From Marsupella aquatica (Eukaryota > Plantae > Marchantiophyta): 64,000 bases of DNA. Shown in pieces: positions 1 to 12,493 of the stretch. The stretch covers positions 10,117,525 to 10,181,524 of the forward strand of contig OZ316896.1 of the NCBI GenBank assembly GCA_973895155.1, written 5' to 3'. The notes below the pieces were generated by a model, which worked only from the letters and a program-made list of their open reading frames with translations, was not told the origin of the DNA and ran no database searches. Position 1 is the first letter of the stretch; the number at the start of each line of letters is the position of its first letter. The position numbers and the translations under genes were made by a program.

Positions 1-29
1 CCTTCTTTCCCTGTGAGGTTAGAATGCAG

Positions 30-152
30 AGTAGAAACGACTTCAGTTGACAAAATGAGTGGAAACGAGCGCACTTGACAAAATCAGCATTGAGTGGAAA
101 CGACTCTGGTTGACAAATGAGTGTAAACGAGTGCACTCTTGACAAAATCAGC
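30..152. repeat. ~62-bp tandem duplication
   Basis: GAGTRGAAACGACT..TTGACAAA..GAGTG.AAACGAG..TTGACAAAATCAGCA x2. Confidence 0.7.
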
Positions 153-2400
153 ACTCCACACCGCTATTGTCATGGGCCCAGAGATTGCCACATTTAAATG
201 GCCCCTGAGTTCTTGTAGAGCCAATTGCAAAGGTTACTGTACATTGTTCGCACATTTAAAACTTTTGCTCCCTAAAGTCCAATGGAATTGCATTTATTGA
301 AGTTGATTTTAAAAGGTTTCTAGTTGGTGCATGTGGAGTCTATCCTTTAGAACAAGAAGTGGTCCTCCAATTTGTTTGGTGACTAAAGCAAATCACCTCG
401 AGGCTAGTGATCCAAACATATCAAAACTTCATTTCAAAATATTTTTGGTTCATTTCAAAATAGTTTTTGGTGTGGAGTCTATCCTTACGGCAACAAGTAG
501 GCATCCAATTTGCATTGGTGAGAAATTCCAAAGAGGTTGCACGTGTTGTAAAGTCACCCTAAGCTTATGGAGAGTATTCCCCAGAGCTGCCATTATGCAT
601 GGATTTCATCGTTCCTGGAGAAAAAGATTTCACTGGGCCCTCGGTCTATGTTTGACTTCACAAGGTCCACGCAGATGATCCTGTATTAGGAATGATTTTT
701 TGGAAAGTCATAATAACTTACCATTGCAGGTTTTCCTTTTTATATTCAACAATTATCTCTGCTTTGCAGTTTTATCCCAGCCTCCAATTGGTACTAAACG
801 TTTCATGGGGCTTTATTAATTAAGTCAAACCGTGAGGGTACTCAAGGGAAACCCAACCCCAGGCAAGCAACCAGTTATGTCTTGAGCAAGGAAAGCAATC
901 CATAGTAACTATATTCTTCCCTTGGGGATTCTCACTATAGCAAGGGGTCCCCATCACCTGTGACGTTTTTAGATCTCGGATCTTCTAAAATTAATGTATG
1001 AAAAAAATATTTTTCAATCCCTATAAAATTAGAATATTCTTGGAATATTTTAGAAATTTCTCCTTCCTTATGAATCTCAAAACTGGATTCAAAATACTCT
1101 ATTGTATGTTCTTGTGAGAAAAATTCTTAAGTCTTCCATTAAATCAATAAAATAACTCTATCTTTTGTCGCATGTGATGTACTATTTTTGAGTAAATGAA
1201 ACCCCCGAGATTCTACCTTGATAAGGAGTGTCACAGAACTTGCCACAGAACTGAAAAACAAACAACATTGAAAAGTTTACAAATTTGCGAGAGTGTCTAG
1301 TACTACACTATTTAGCTTCTCACACAATCTAATTAATTTCCTTGGCCATAAAGTTTTGGGGGTAGTGAGGTGTGTGTGTGTGTGTAATATTAATTGTGTA
1401 TAGTTAGTAGTATTTTCCCATCCTCCCGTCCCCTCCCCCAACCAACTTCATCTTCCTGAGAGTGTGCACTTAGGGAGAGTAACTAACTATATATACTTGC
1501 ATCATGTTTCATGCAATGCAAGTAGGGTGTCATCACATCTGTACTGACTGGCTCCTCCCCTTGGTATTTGCATGAAATGAAAACACTCCACAATAAGAAG
1601 TACACTTGGCAATGTTTTTAAATGAAAAAGCAATGGGTTGGGAGCTAAATCTAAAGACCTCATCATGTGTATTGGCTTCACTTTTGAATGTTGAGAGTGT
1701 TTTTCTAGCTTTTACTTTGTACAATGTAATCTCTTCCATGCATCTTTATTATGCACACAACAATATATTTTGCATAATGTTCAACACAAGTCAGTACATC
1801 CTGTAACAACACTAGCACATCTTTTGTGCAACAATATATTTTCCACAAACAATATCTTGTACACAAAGACCTCTTTAATTAACACAACCAGTCACATATT
1901 TTCCACAAATGAAATCTTCGACTTAGTACACAACATCTTTTATGCAAACAACATGATTTCTTGTGCAAAGCACAAGTATTGAGCTAATCTAGGACGTTAG
2001 AAGGTATTTATGTTCAGCCGAATTGCACAACAAAGTAAGGAAAGTAGTGCTGACTGCACACATCATGATTTTTTGGTATCCACGGTAGTGCCCCATAGAA
2101 TGGACATGAATTGTGCCCTCTGACAGGCATGCACCAGAATTCTAGTAGTTAAAGTGGATGGCAATTAATAATATACATTATTGATGATTTAAAAACTTAG
2201 GGGGAGCCCAAAGAGAACATGACTTTATGGTAACTCACTTGAGAAAAGACTCATAGGTCTTGGCTTCAACTATTGTGGCTCACTCTTCCCTTTATGTGGG
2301 ATTTCCCTTTATAATTTTTTTTTTGGGATTTCCCTTTATAACTTATTTTTTTTAACTTAGGGGAAGGTTTACAAGTCCACTGTATTTCTCTAAATGAGTA

Positions 2401-2829
2401 GGGGGTCTCAAATATCCCATGGGGACAAAAGCTTGCAAGAAGGGGCAAAACAAAGAAAGTGATCCCATGGGTGAAGTCTAAGTTTTTCAACATACTGAAA
2501 CACATGGTTGGCGGCAGCTTTCACAAGTCCTTGATCCCGTCGCCACCAAGTTTTCCAACGTTGCCATGGGTCTTTCCAAAATGTACCCAATTGTTCCCTG
2601 GCTCATGTTCTGAGTGTTGAGCCTTTCCAAAATGTGCCCATTGTTCCTTGGCTCATGTTCTGAGTGGAGCAGACCACGGGCAACTGTCAAATCATGCGGC
2701 CCTACTGTACGTGCAGACCATCCTCCCTGACGAGCTCCCGGAGTGCTGCACATGTATCCCTGGTGCCCCTGTTTTGAACCTAACCCAGGCCACAAAAACA
2801 TAGTCTGCAAAGGGATATTTGAGACCCCC
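2401..2829. mobile_element. MITE (429 bp) with perfect 18-bp TIRs
   Basis: GGGGGTCTCAAATATCCC (2401-2418) and GGGATATTTGAGACCCCC (2812-2829), flanked by TA on both sides; internal ~50-bp tandem duplication; no transposase. Confidence 0.8.
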
Positions 2830-3596
2830 TAAGTATATATTTGGGGTTAAAAATTTGGCCAGGACCATATTAAGCCCTGACTGTTGTCTGAATTAACTTA
2901 CAACATAGGCCAAATTAATTTTTCTGAGATCTGTCTACATGAGATTATGGAATCTGCCAATGCAAGACAGTATCCACCAATATTCTAAGCCTGACTCGTG
3001 TCTGAACAATACACTCGAATCATACTTTCTGAGATCTATCTACATGAGATCATGGTAGGAGCCAGGCATTGCATCTGCTAAACTGAACCATTAACTATCT
3101 ATCGTTGAATGAGCGCTAGTCTCATCGTAGCTGCTCGTATCTATGCGGGGGGAGGAGGTGGAACACGGAAATTATTTTGGGGACCTGGCTCCCCAGTGTT
3201 CTGGCATGATCCAAACCGATCACAAACCTGCCCTAGAAACCTCTGCATGCATTGTTTGACATCGAGTTAGTGCTGGAAGTATACATAATTAGAGAGAGAG
3301 ATTGCTAAACCAGGTCGAACAAGACCCATGAGATAGTCAATTACACATTGGTTGTAGCTAGCTGTACAGTACTGCTCGTAGCAACTACAATCAACTAAAT
3401 GATAGACGAACTTCAAAAGAGATTCACTCGCCAACATCTATATTTAGGACTGGTATGCATAATCGAGATGACGCAGCAATCATACTCTCCAGCAAATTTG
3501 ATCTGTATTGCTGTGAGTGAACAAGAATCTTAATCCGACAGAATCGAGAATCTAACACATGCAGTAACTGCGCTTGCTAGCCATGGCATCAAAATC

Positions 3597-4198
3597 TCAA
3601 ACCCTAACCTGGGCTAGAGCTGGAACCAAACACTTATGGTCATTGCATGAGTTTGGCATAATCAGCTGTGCAGTTAAAGGCTTATAGCGTAAACGTACAT
3701 GATGAGCGGGATTTCGTTGAGACGCAGAAACTCTGAATCTTGGTGAAACCACTGGTGGCGATTCGATATCAGAATGCATCACATCTGTCACATTGGCACA
3801 AAACAAAAGCTCCAAAAATCGGTAAACGCTCAATGAATGTACCGACTGACCTATAACCATATCGTCAAAGCCTCAGATAATGGCATTTCAGTTAATAAGT
3901 ATCCATAGATTGATGATTGATGTCCCGATCGATTTCAACCTAGAGTTGGGCCTCAATGCCAATTCTTAACTAGGTCGCAGATTAGCTCTGAAGTTCATCG
4001 ATCTGTGTATGCATGGCTCTTTGATCCAGTCCTGCCCTTCAGTGATATGATCATACCTGGCAGATGCTGATGGAAGCGAGAAGTAGAAGCCACGAATTGT
4101 ACTTGTAGCAAGGTTATTGCAACTAGCATAGTGATTGCCAGCAATTTGGATCCAATTTTCGAGCCACCATCCTTCCGAAGACCCCTCCTGTTCGCCAT
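3597..4198 (-). CDS. Candidate secreted small-peptide precursor with a divergent CLE-like motif (exon 1 4198-4057, exon 2 3784-3597; ~109 aa)
   Basis: Exon 1 has a basic N-terminus and a hydrophobic signal-like stretch (LLAITMLVAITLLQVQFVAS) and ends at a phase-1 donor (CCAG|gtatga). The acceptor tgtgacag| at 3785 joins in frame to DVMHSDIESPPVVSPRF-RVSASQRNPAHH. Confidence 0.5.
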
Positions 4199-4242
4199 GC
4201 TCAGATATATTGAGATAGTATGGTTCGAGCTGTCTTGATTGA

Positions 4243-4510
4243 ATTGCCTGCCGCGTGATTACTTGCAATAAATTTTACTCGACAAACTCACACTATGAAT
4301 GGAGAATCAGAACAGATATTTAGTTTGTTTCGAGCTCTCTTGAGTGAATACCCTGCCGAGTGACGAACTCACACTATGAATGGAAAATCAGGACAGATAT
4401 CTAGTTTGTTTCGAGCTGTCTTGAGTGAATCGCCTGCCGCGTGATTACTCTATACAATAAATTTTACTCGACGAACTCACACTAAGAATGGAGAGTCAGG
4501 ACAGATATCA
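4243..4510. repeat. Degenerate tandem repeat immediately upstream of the candidate peptide gene
   Basis: ACTCACACTATGAATGGAGAATCAG..ACAGATAT x3; GCCTGCCGCGTGATTAC x2. Confidence 0.8.
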
Positions 4511-5470
4511 CAAATTTAAATCCTGGCTACTTGGCTCGATCGAGAAGAAGCCTGGTAGTACGGTGTGAGGAAGACAACTAAGACCAATTGTTGACGAGGC
4601 GTGCAAGACCACATGCCGACGAGCAAGAATCGACACGCTGACTGTCGAAGCGTGCAAGACCAAGTGTTGACGAGCAAGAATCGAAAGACGTTGACTATCG
4701 ATCCGTGTAGCCTAGCTGGCAGTGCATGTGCTTGGACTCAGCAAATTCTATAAATTCAACAAGCAATGGACAGTAATGCAGGCTCCGAAATTTGGGTCAC
4801 ATATCGATCCTGGGATTGGGTTCAAAACGTATGATTATATAGCCTTAGTGCTTCAAATCACTGGGATCTACAGTAGCAGGCACACTCATCAGTAGTACGC
4901 GGAAAGCGAAGCACGAGATGATTTATGTGAACACAAGCAAGGGGCCGGCCGAGTCAAAGTTTTGGACGCAGCAAGACCAATATTGTCTTTTAATTGGCAG
5001 GCGTGGAAGTGAAGTTTGCAGTAACAAGTCTCCTGACAAAGGTCCGAGAGTCCCCAACCCCTTTCCGATGATACTTCCTTTGTTTCAGCTATTAGATCAT
5101 GAGGAAGGAAGTCAGCAAGTACCTTCAGATTCAGTGCATCGCAAAAGACTGTGCTTCCTCAAACGGCCTAAAGTAGTTCATGCACCAACACATTTCGAGG
5201 GAATGTCTCGCAGTCAATTTAATTTCTTTTGAGTAACAAAAGTAGAGGTGCCCGTGAAAAATCGCTTTTGGACACAGACCACCGCCAATTTCTTTTCGTG
5301 GACTGACCACTTGATGGCACCAAGACTCAAGTGGACTGACCATGCACGATACGTAGAAAAGGAGATAGTGGTCGTCTGTGTCCAATCGCGTTTTCACTTG
5401 ATGGCACCGAGACCATGGCAACAGGTGACCGGCCATGGCAACAGGTCAGCTCTGTCAAAGACGCGCTACC

Positions 5471-6330
5471 AGTTGAGTAGAAATGAATCTTCCGTCAACG
5501 AGTAGTAGTGTCAAACCGGGAAAACGAGTGAGTTGAGTAGAAATGAATCTTCCGTCAACGAGTAGTAGTGTCAAACCGGAAAAACGAGTGTCAACTAATG
5601 CAGCAGGAAACGCCCACGAGATAACGAGCAAGTTGCATCCCAGTTGAAGATCTTCCATGGCGTCCGCATACGAAGTTTCCTTCCGGAGTGAAAGCATCGC
5701 ATCCTTCGGGGAAATTCTTGGATGCATGCGCATATATACTTCTATTATATATATCGGACTGCCAAAAAGTAAAGGGCGCCCAACCCGGAGACATGATTCT
5801 ATTGGGTTTTACACGGAAACAAATTAGAAGGGTTCTTGTTGTAGTCCAGCTCCACAAGATCCACAGTAGCAAATTAGAAGGGTTCTTGTTGTAGTCCAGC
5901 TCCACAAGATCTACAGTAGCAAGAGTATAATTATTGTCCAATGTGGAGTCACTAGCCCCCACAAGATCTACAGTAGCAAGAGTATAATTATTGTCCAATG
6001 TGGAGTCACTAGCCCCCATATGCCTGTGTGTTGCAACTAATGCAGCAGGAAACTCCCACGAGATAACAGCAAGTTGCATCCCAGACAGTTGAAAATCTTC
6101 CATGGCGTCCGTCCTACGAAGTTTCCTTCCGAGGGAAAGCTTGGCATCCTTCGGGGAAATTCTTGGATGCGTGCGCACACGATACGTACTATTCCTTTAT
6201 ATATCCTTCTATTGTGTTTTCCACGGAAACAAATTAGAGTATTACAAAGCTGAACGGTTCGTGTTTGGGAGGTTAGTCTAGCTCCACAAGATCTAGCAAG
6301 ACTATATTGTACAATCACTAGCCCCATCAA
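5471..6330. repeat. Nested tandem duplications
   Basis: 60-bp unit x2 (5471-5590); long block repeated from ~5592 and ~6034; internal ~50-60-bp doublets at 5820-6017. Confidence 0.85.
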
Positions 6331-8295
6331 AAATCTTGCACAATCTAATTTATATGTTATTTTAGGGTTACTTTTTGCCCCATTCTTGTTTTTTTGTCCA
6401 TCCTCCCATCCATGTTTTTTGTCATTCTCATTTCAATTTTATTTTTATTTAAAGTCAATGTCACTTTTGTCTATCCTCATTTAATATTTTGACCTTATTG
6501 AACCTCATTATCAATTTTGTTTTGTATTTGGTGTCACAATCTACAGGCTTCACTCTAGACATAGGCCCTTAAGAATGGTTTTCAGTTATGGCTTTTATAG
6601 TAAGATTTTGGAGTCATACTAGTTGTTCATAGTCACACTAACTATAAGTAACAGTTGGCTGATCAAGAGAGTCATCCGACAGAAACACAAGGCTGAGATT
6701 TCTAGATCTCTCCTTGAATGTTTACGAACAGGGGTTGATCCCCCGCTCAGCTCAAATTTTCCATTCTTAAATATACATTAAAATTGGGATCTCTGGCTTC
6801 TACATGTCCTGCAGCTCTCTGGTTCACTCATGGTGCCTGCCCAAAATTGTGTAGACCTATCATGCCTCAACATCCGATCAAGAGGATTTCCAGCCTTGGG
6901 GAGTCACCATATGAAGGGTCCTACCCTGTGTACAACGTTTTTTAAGTGTAGACCCCTTAATTTATATTAAGTGAAAATTATACTTTTTCTCGCCCTAGGT
7001 TTTCTTTAAAGTAGCTATTTTTTATTATATTTGCCTCTAACAAACTTTAAGTAAAGTTTTGTTTTGAATTAAACCATGCCTACAAAGAAAATATGTATCT
7101 CATAAGTTATAGCCCAATATTTTGCGATTATTCAATTTTGCTTTGCCTTCCCACTCAATGCAAATTTACTCCGCATCTCCACTTGATAGTATACATCTCT
7201 TGGACAGTCCATGGACCATGAAACTAATTAAATAATTAAGCATATTATATATTCTATGGTTGTCAAACAATCAACTTGTTTATACAGTTGCTCTCTCAGG
7301 AACTCTCAAATGGTGTAGCATGGTGGGTATCATACACTATGGATAGGAAACTAGACACTATATATAGGTTCCCTATTCAAGACATCAGTTCATTACTTTG
7401 CTTCACAACCCGTTGCATGACTGGATTATTTGCATATAGTTACCCGAGAGAAATCCCGCTTTAATCTATTTGTAATATAAGAACATTTTTTTGGATATAT
7501 ATCTGACCTATATTTAGAACTAGTCTTGTGATAATTGCTGTGACATGTCTCCAAATAAACAAAATCCCATGCCAGTTAAAACGAAAGAGAGCTAGCAAAG
7601 CTTAAAACGATTGGAATGGGCATAGAAATATGTATTTTTCACAACTCATTTGCTTGAGCTTAATCATGGACTCAAAGAAGAAGCAAAGGTGACTATCAAT
7701 TCACAATAGGTCACTTGTATGCAAAAGAGACTTAAAGGTCCTTCTGCCACAAGTGGGGCATTGAGCACCAGCCTCAGCATTGGGCTTAGCACAAGAATTT
7801 CACAATTCTTGGATAATAATAGAGTAAAACAATTACAAACAACATCCTAGTTGTTCTTCAAAACAACTAGCAATATGATTGTACTCTTATTGCAATTACA
7901 AATAAAACTCAAAATAACACAAGACAATACAAGATACACTAACTGCTCGTATCTGAAAACTCAAGCTTTGCACTTCCTTCTTCACCAAGCTTCCCTTCCT
8001 GGTTTTATTGTCTTTCTTCTCTTATCATGAATCTAGATTAGAAACAATCATCGATCCTCCCAGGCCGAAGAGAAACTAAGAGTATCTAGACAAATGCTTG
8101 CAAAATGGACAATAGTGGACATCCACATGTGACAAACATAAGGTCTGCTCTAAGACCTCCACAATGCACTCCAAGGTCCATCGTAAGTCCTCCTAGCCAA
8201 CATTGTCCTTCCACAATCTTGTTGTGGAATCAAGCTCTAACTTTTGACCTCTGTTTAAAGCTCCAAAGTGTTCATTCAAACTGAATATTAGAATT

Positions 8296-8678
8296 ATTCA
8301 CAACGAAAGACAACTTTGAGGCTCATAATGAGCCTCCCGTACTCTTTTCGCTGCCGGCTGCCCGGACCTAATGCCCGTCTCTTCTTCATACTTACACTTT
8401 TTCTAAGTGTAACTAGAGGGTGAATGATCCCCACTTTTGGGTGGGGTGAATGACAAAAGCACACTTCGTCACTAGTAGGATTCAAACCTGTGACCTGCCT
8501 CAGCCCAGTGAGCTCCTCTACCACCCAGCCTAGGGGCAACTGGCCGGTGTCCAGATTGACTCGCTCCAGGTATTTATCCTGAACCAATGACCATAATACT
8601 GGGCAGCGGGCAGCCAAGTATGGGGCTAATCAATGTTAATCTCATTGATTAGCCTCGATCTTGAGGTTCGTCTCTTAA
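8296..8678 (-). mobile_element. Second, inverted copy of the 25.9-kb MITE family, with internal tRNA-like A/B boxes
   Basis: Shares the GGCTAATCAATG..CATTGATTAGCC hairpin, the termini and internal blocks with 25908-26232. No TSD recognisable at this copy. Confidence 0.68.
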
Positions 8679-11600
8679 CTCCATGACTTGAACCCAAACC
8701 TGAATACCAAAAACCCTAGCCTACCCTAACCTAACTCTCAATTCCTACCAAAGTCCCAATGGCCTCCTCAGGTTACGCCTTCCATAGCCCTTCTGTCCCC
8801 CTCCAATAACAGTAGCATCACTTGAAGCAACACCAATAAAATAATGAAGACCCATGAAATTGCTTAACCGTTTAAATTAAAGGCCCAAACCCTGCACCCA
8901 TGCTTACTTTTAGCTATTTTCTTGGGAAAAATTAAAACTACTATTCTTTGGATACAGATGTACCAATTGCATAGTGACAAGTGTACAAATAGCACGTGTC
9001 CTATGCATGTACATTAGACCAAAAAACTCTAACTTCATGGAATATGACCCATTTAATGAGGGTCTACTATTATTTAAAGCAGAACCAAGAATTTAATGAA
9101 CTCTGGCTATTGTTCTTCAACAAAGCAAGTCTTCCTTCAAGACTATTTAAATTACTCTATACTGCACATAATGTGGCATTTTTTGTGAAAATGACCCCCC
9201 AACCCACCCCCCACAAAGTTTCCAGCAAGTCTGGGCTCTTCAATTCCTCTGTAGCTCATGAACTTGCCACTCCTATTGCCACTACTAGAGCTGGCCGGTT
9301 ACCTCCCTGATTTCAACACTAACGTTCAGACTAAGACAACAGTTCTGGTTCTGATTGTTGGAGCTGATCTTGTTGGACATTCTCTTTCAATTTTACTGTC
9401 CAAGTCCCGATCCAAGTATGGTACATAATCATGTCCGTCAGCACGTTGTGTCTCAAGAGTGTTTGGAGCATGGTTATGGTCTACAACATAGAAATTGTCA
9501 GCTTTAATTATCATATTCCCGTCATCTCATCTTAGTCTACATGACGGGATTTTCTTATTCATAATTCCTTTGTATCTTGATTGCCATGGTGCTGGGATGT
9601 CAAGTACTAGGGCATGTAGGAATTAATACAGACCGTAGGTAGCATGGCATGAAGTCTCACTCTTGTGGATGAATTTGTGGTTGTTTGGAGTTTCAATAAT
9701 GGATTTGATTGTCAAGAGTATGATCAATGCTGGTGGAGCGAAGGTCCAAATTGTCCAGTGAATTGTTGCAGCATCCGGAAGCTCACTTTCTCAACAATCA
9801 CACCATGGAAATGGAAAACCAGTCTCCCGACCATCTATACCATGGCACCTCCGCCAATATAGTTGGCCCGTTCTAAGACACACCTATTTTAACTTATTCA
9901 CAATAAAGTATAATCTCTGTAATTAGTCAAGTAATTAGTTTATGAACCACAAGCTATCATATCTTATTCAAGAATATTGAAACTGTCGTGCGCATAACAT
10001 CGCTACACAACATACATCGCTTGTCACACACATCCAAACATATCCACAATGCAACATCACAAACACAAGAGAATGGAATACAAGTGGAACTTATGTCCAC
10101 ACATGTCCAAAACCCACAATAATCTTCACAATAATCGGCACAACGATCCCGGTCAACAATACCCCATCGATCTCCGCACCGATCCCGATCACACACGTAT
10201 GTCAAGCCAACGCACCTTGCACTACTCAAGGAATCCATGTTGCACAAGCGGAGCTCACAGCCACCATAGCCACACTCGAGCTCCTCTCTCTCCAAGGCTC
10301 AAAAAGATGACCTTTCGATGCCTCACAAGGGAGAACTACTTTCCCACACAAACCTAATGGAACCCTATCAACTCCAATAGCACACATACAAAATATACAT
10401 ACTCAACTAGCACTATATACACAATAACATCTAGAATGGTGTGACAAAACAATGATTATAAAAAGTAAAGTGAAAAAAGCATATAGATAACGGTACTCTC
10501 TGGGTGAAACACAAGTACAAGTCAGTGTACCTTGTTGTAAGTACAATATTTTGTGGTTGAAAGTGAAGCAAACTAATTTCCTTTCTAAATTTTTGGGGGC
10601 TCTCTATTTAGGTGGAGCTTCTTTGTTTAGGTGACACCTATTGACCTATAAACCATAATCATTGGAATTCTTTTAAACAATAGACATATAAGCTACTAGG
10701 CATCATTGGGTTGTGTCCTAGTTGCCTGGTTGAGTTTGGAGAGTGTTTGAAGGGTTACATAGTACATCAAGAAATTCTCATGAGAATGGGGAGTGCTTAG
10801 AGCATAAATACACAATAAAACTAGAGGGATAACATAAATTATTATACTAAAAAGATTAAAAGAAGTTTAAGCATGTCTACTCTTAAAACTAAGTACTTGA
10901 AAAAATTACAAGGGTTGAAGGAAATAATTAAAATCAGAAAAATACAAAGTAAAAGCATAGAATAGACCAAATTGACATAAAAATATATAACAAACAATTC
11001 TAATAAGACAAGGTAACCAAAGTGTGTCCCGCCATATAGCAGCATAAAAAACATCTGGCAATATTGCTAGTAAGGGAGTGTCTATCTTACTGAAACCCCT
11101 CAAAATTGTTAGATCAATTTGCTGAACATTGCCTTTGCATGTGTGCATCGGTTGCAGTCACATGCAAATTGGCTATGAAACACTTTGGGGTTTCACTTCC
11201 ACAAAAATGGCACATCACGTGTGAGGAAGGATAGGGTCATTTTATTGGTTGAAAGGAAAGACTTAAGAATCTTCTCCGAAGTATAATAGGGTTTTTCTAA
11301 TCCAATTTTGAGACTTATAAGAACATTAGGGTTCTCCTAACCAAATTTGGAGAATATGTCAAGAATATTCCAACTTTATAGGGGTTGAAACAAAAAAAAT
11401 TCTTACATTTTAGGGGTCCAAGGCCTAACAACGTTGCAGGTGATGAGGAGGCCTCCATATAGTGAGACCCTTGAGATAAAACTCTGTTTCTCCCTTGGCT
11501 CTTTGACCGCCCAATGCATTGGAAAATTTTATCCATCATGATTTTATTTGTAAGTTGAATTTGTTGATAGCTCTCCTCCGCCAATCAACCTATTGTAGCA

Positions 11601-12058
11601 AATTATGGAAGGTAAACCACTCTTGTAGAAGTTGGTGCTTCGGGCAAAAGATTCACAATTTTGAATTCAATTTGTGTCAATTTCATTAGCTTCATGATTC
11701 GATCTATTATTTGTCATTGACGGTAGACGACCTCAACGTCAAAACTGTTTTCTTAAATAACTTGTAATTTGTAAATTCGAAGGAAGATGACTTTAAACCA
11801 ACAATTTTGTCAGATCTAACCAAACCCGTTGTGTCTTGCTGATCAAAATTCTTTCAAGGCATGAACCTAATTTGACATCGAGACCGGATTCAACTATCAA
11901 TAATTTTGAAGGCTGGGAAACTAATAGTACGTCTCAAACCTTGAACTTTGCAGAAACAAATGACACCCAAAACTACCAATTTTGGTCACGGGTAAGGAAT
12001 GTATGGACACTAATGTTTGTTTCCGCCACTTTTTTTCCAGGAATTTGTTACTGACCGT

Positions 12059-12479
12059 TGTTGGGTATTTACTCTTACGTCTAGGTTAGGTATGACGTGG
12101 TTGGTACAACAACGTGGGTTGGTACAACTACGTGGTTAGGTACAACTACGTGATTAGGTACAACTATGTGGTTAGGTACAACTACGTGATTAGGTACAAC
12201 TATGTGGTTAGGTACAACTAAGTTGCACACTATATCATAAGAGGCATGTGTGCTTGGAGAGGTAGAACCAAGGCTCATTGTTATGGAGCCACTTGAGAGA
12301 TAGGGAGAGCTTACACTGTGGAGACTCGGTATAGCCGACGGGCTTAGAGTTCAGTAAAGCTCTCTTGTGTGTTCCCGTGGACGTAGCCTCAAGGAGGTGA
12401 ACCACGTATCTCTTGTGTCGACTATTGTGCGTTGGATGGTTCATGGGCTTGCCGTTGCGATCGTCGTCTATGCTCAACA
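12059..12479 (+). repeat. 5' LTR of element 1, with an 18-bp tandem array (GGTTAGGTACAACTAYGT-like) in U3
   Basis: Direct repeat of 18133-18553; TG..CA ends; ~6-7 array units at ~12098-12220. Confidence 0.97.
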
Positions 12480-12481
12480 AT

Positions 12482-12493
12482 TGGTATCAGAGC
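12482..12493 (+). other. Primer-binding site (initiator tRNA-Met) of element 1
   Basis: TGGTATCAGAGC 2 nt after the 5' LTR. Confidence 0.95.

Noticed and set aside
9918-10430. Possible old solo LTR on the minus strand
   Set aside because: A plausible ..TAACA end exists, but I found no matching TSD, PBS or second copy.
12081-12278. VVPNH-repeat ORF (also at 18155-18352)
   Set aside because: Antisense translation of the 18-bp LTR array.
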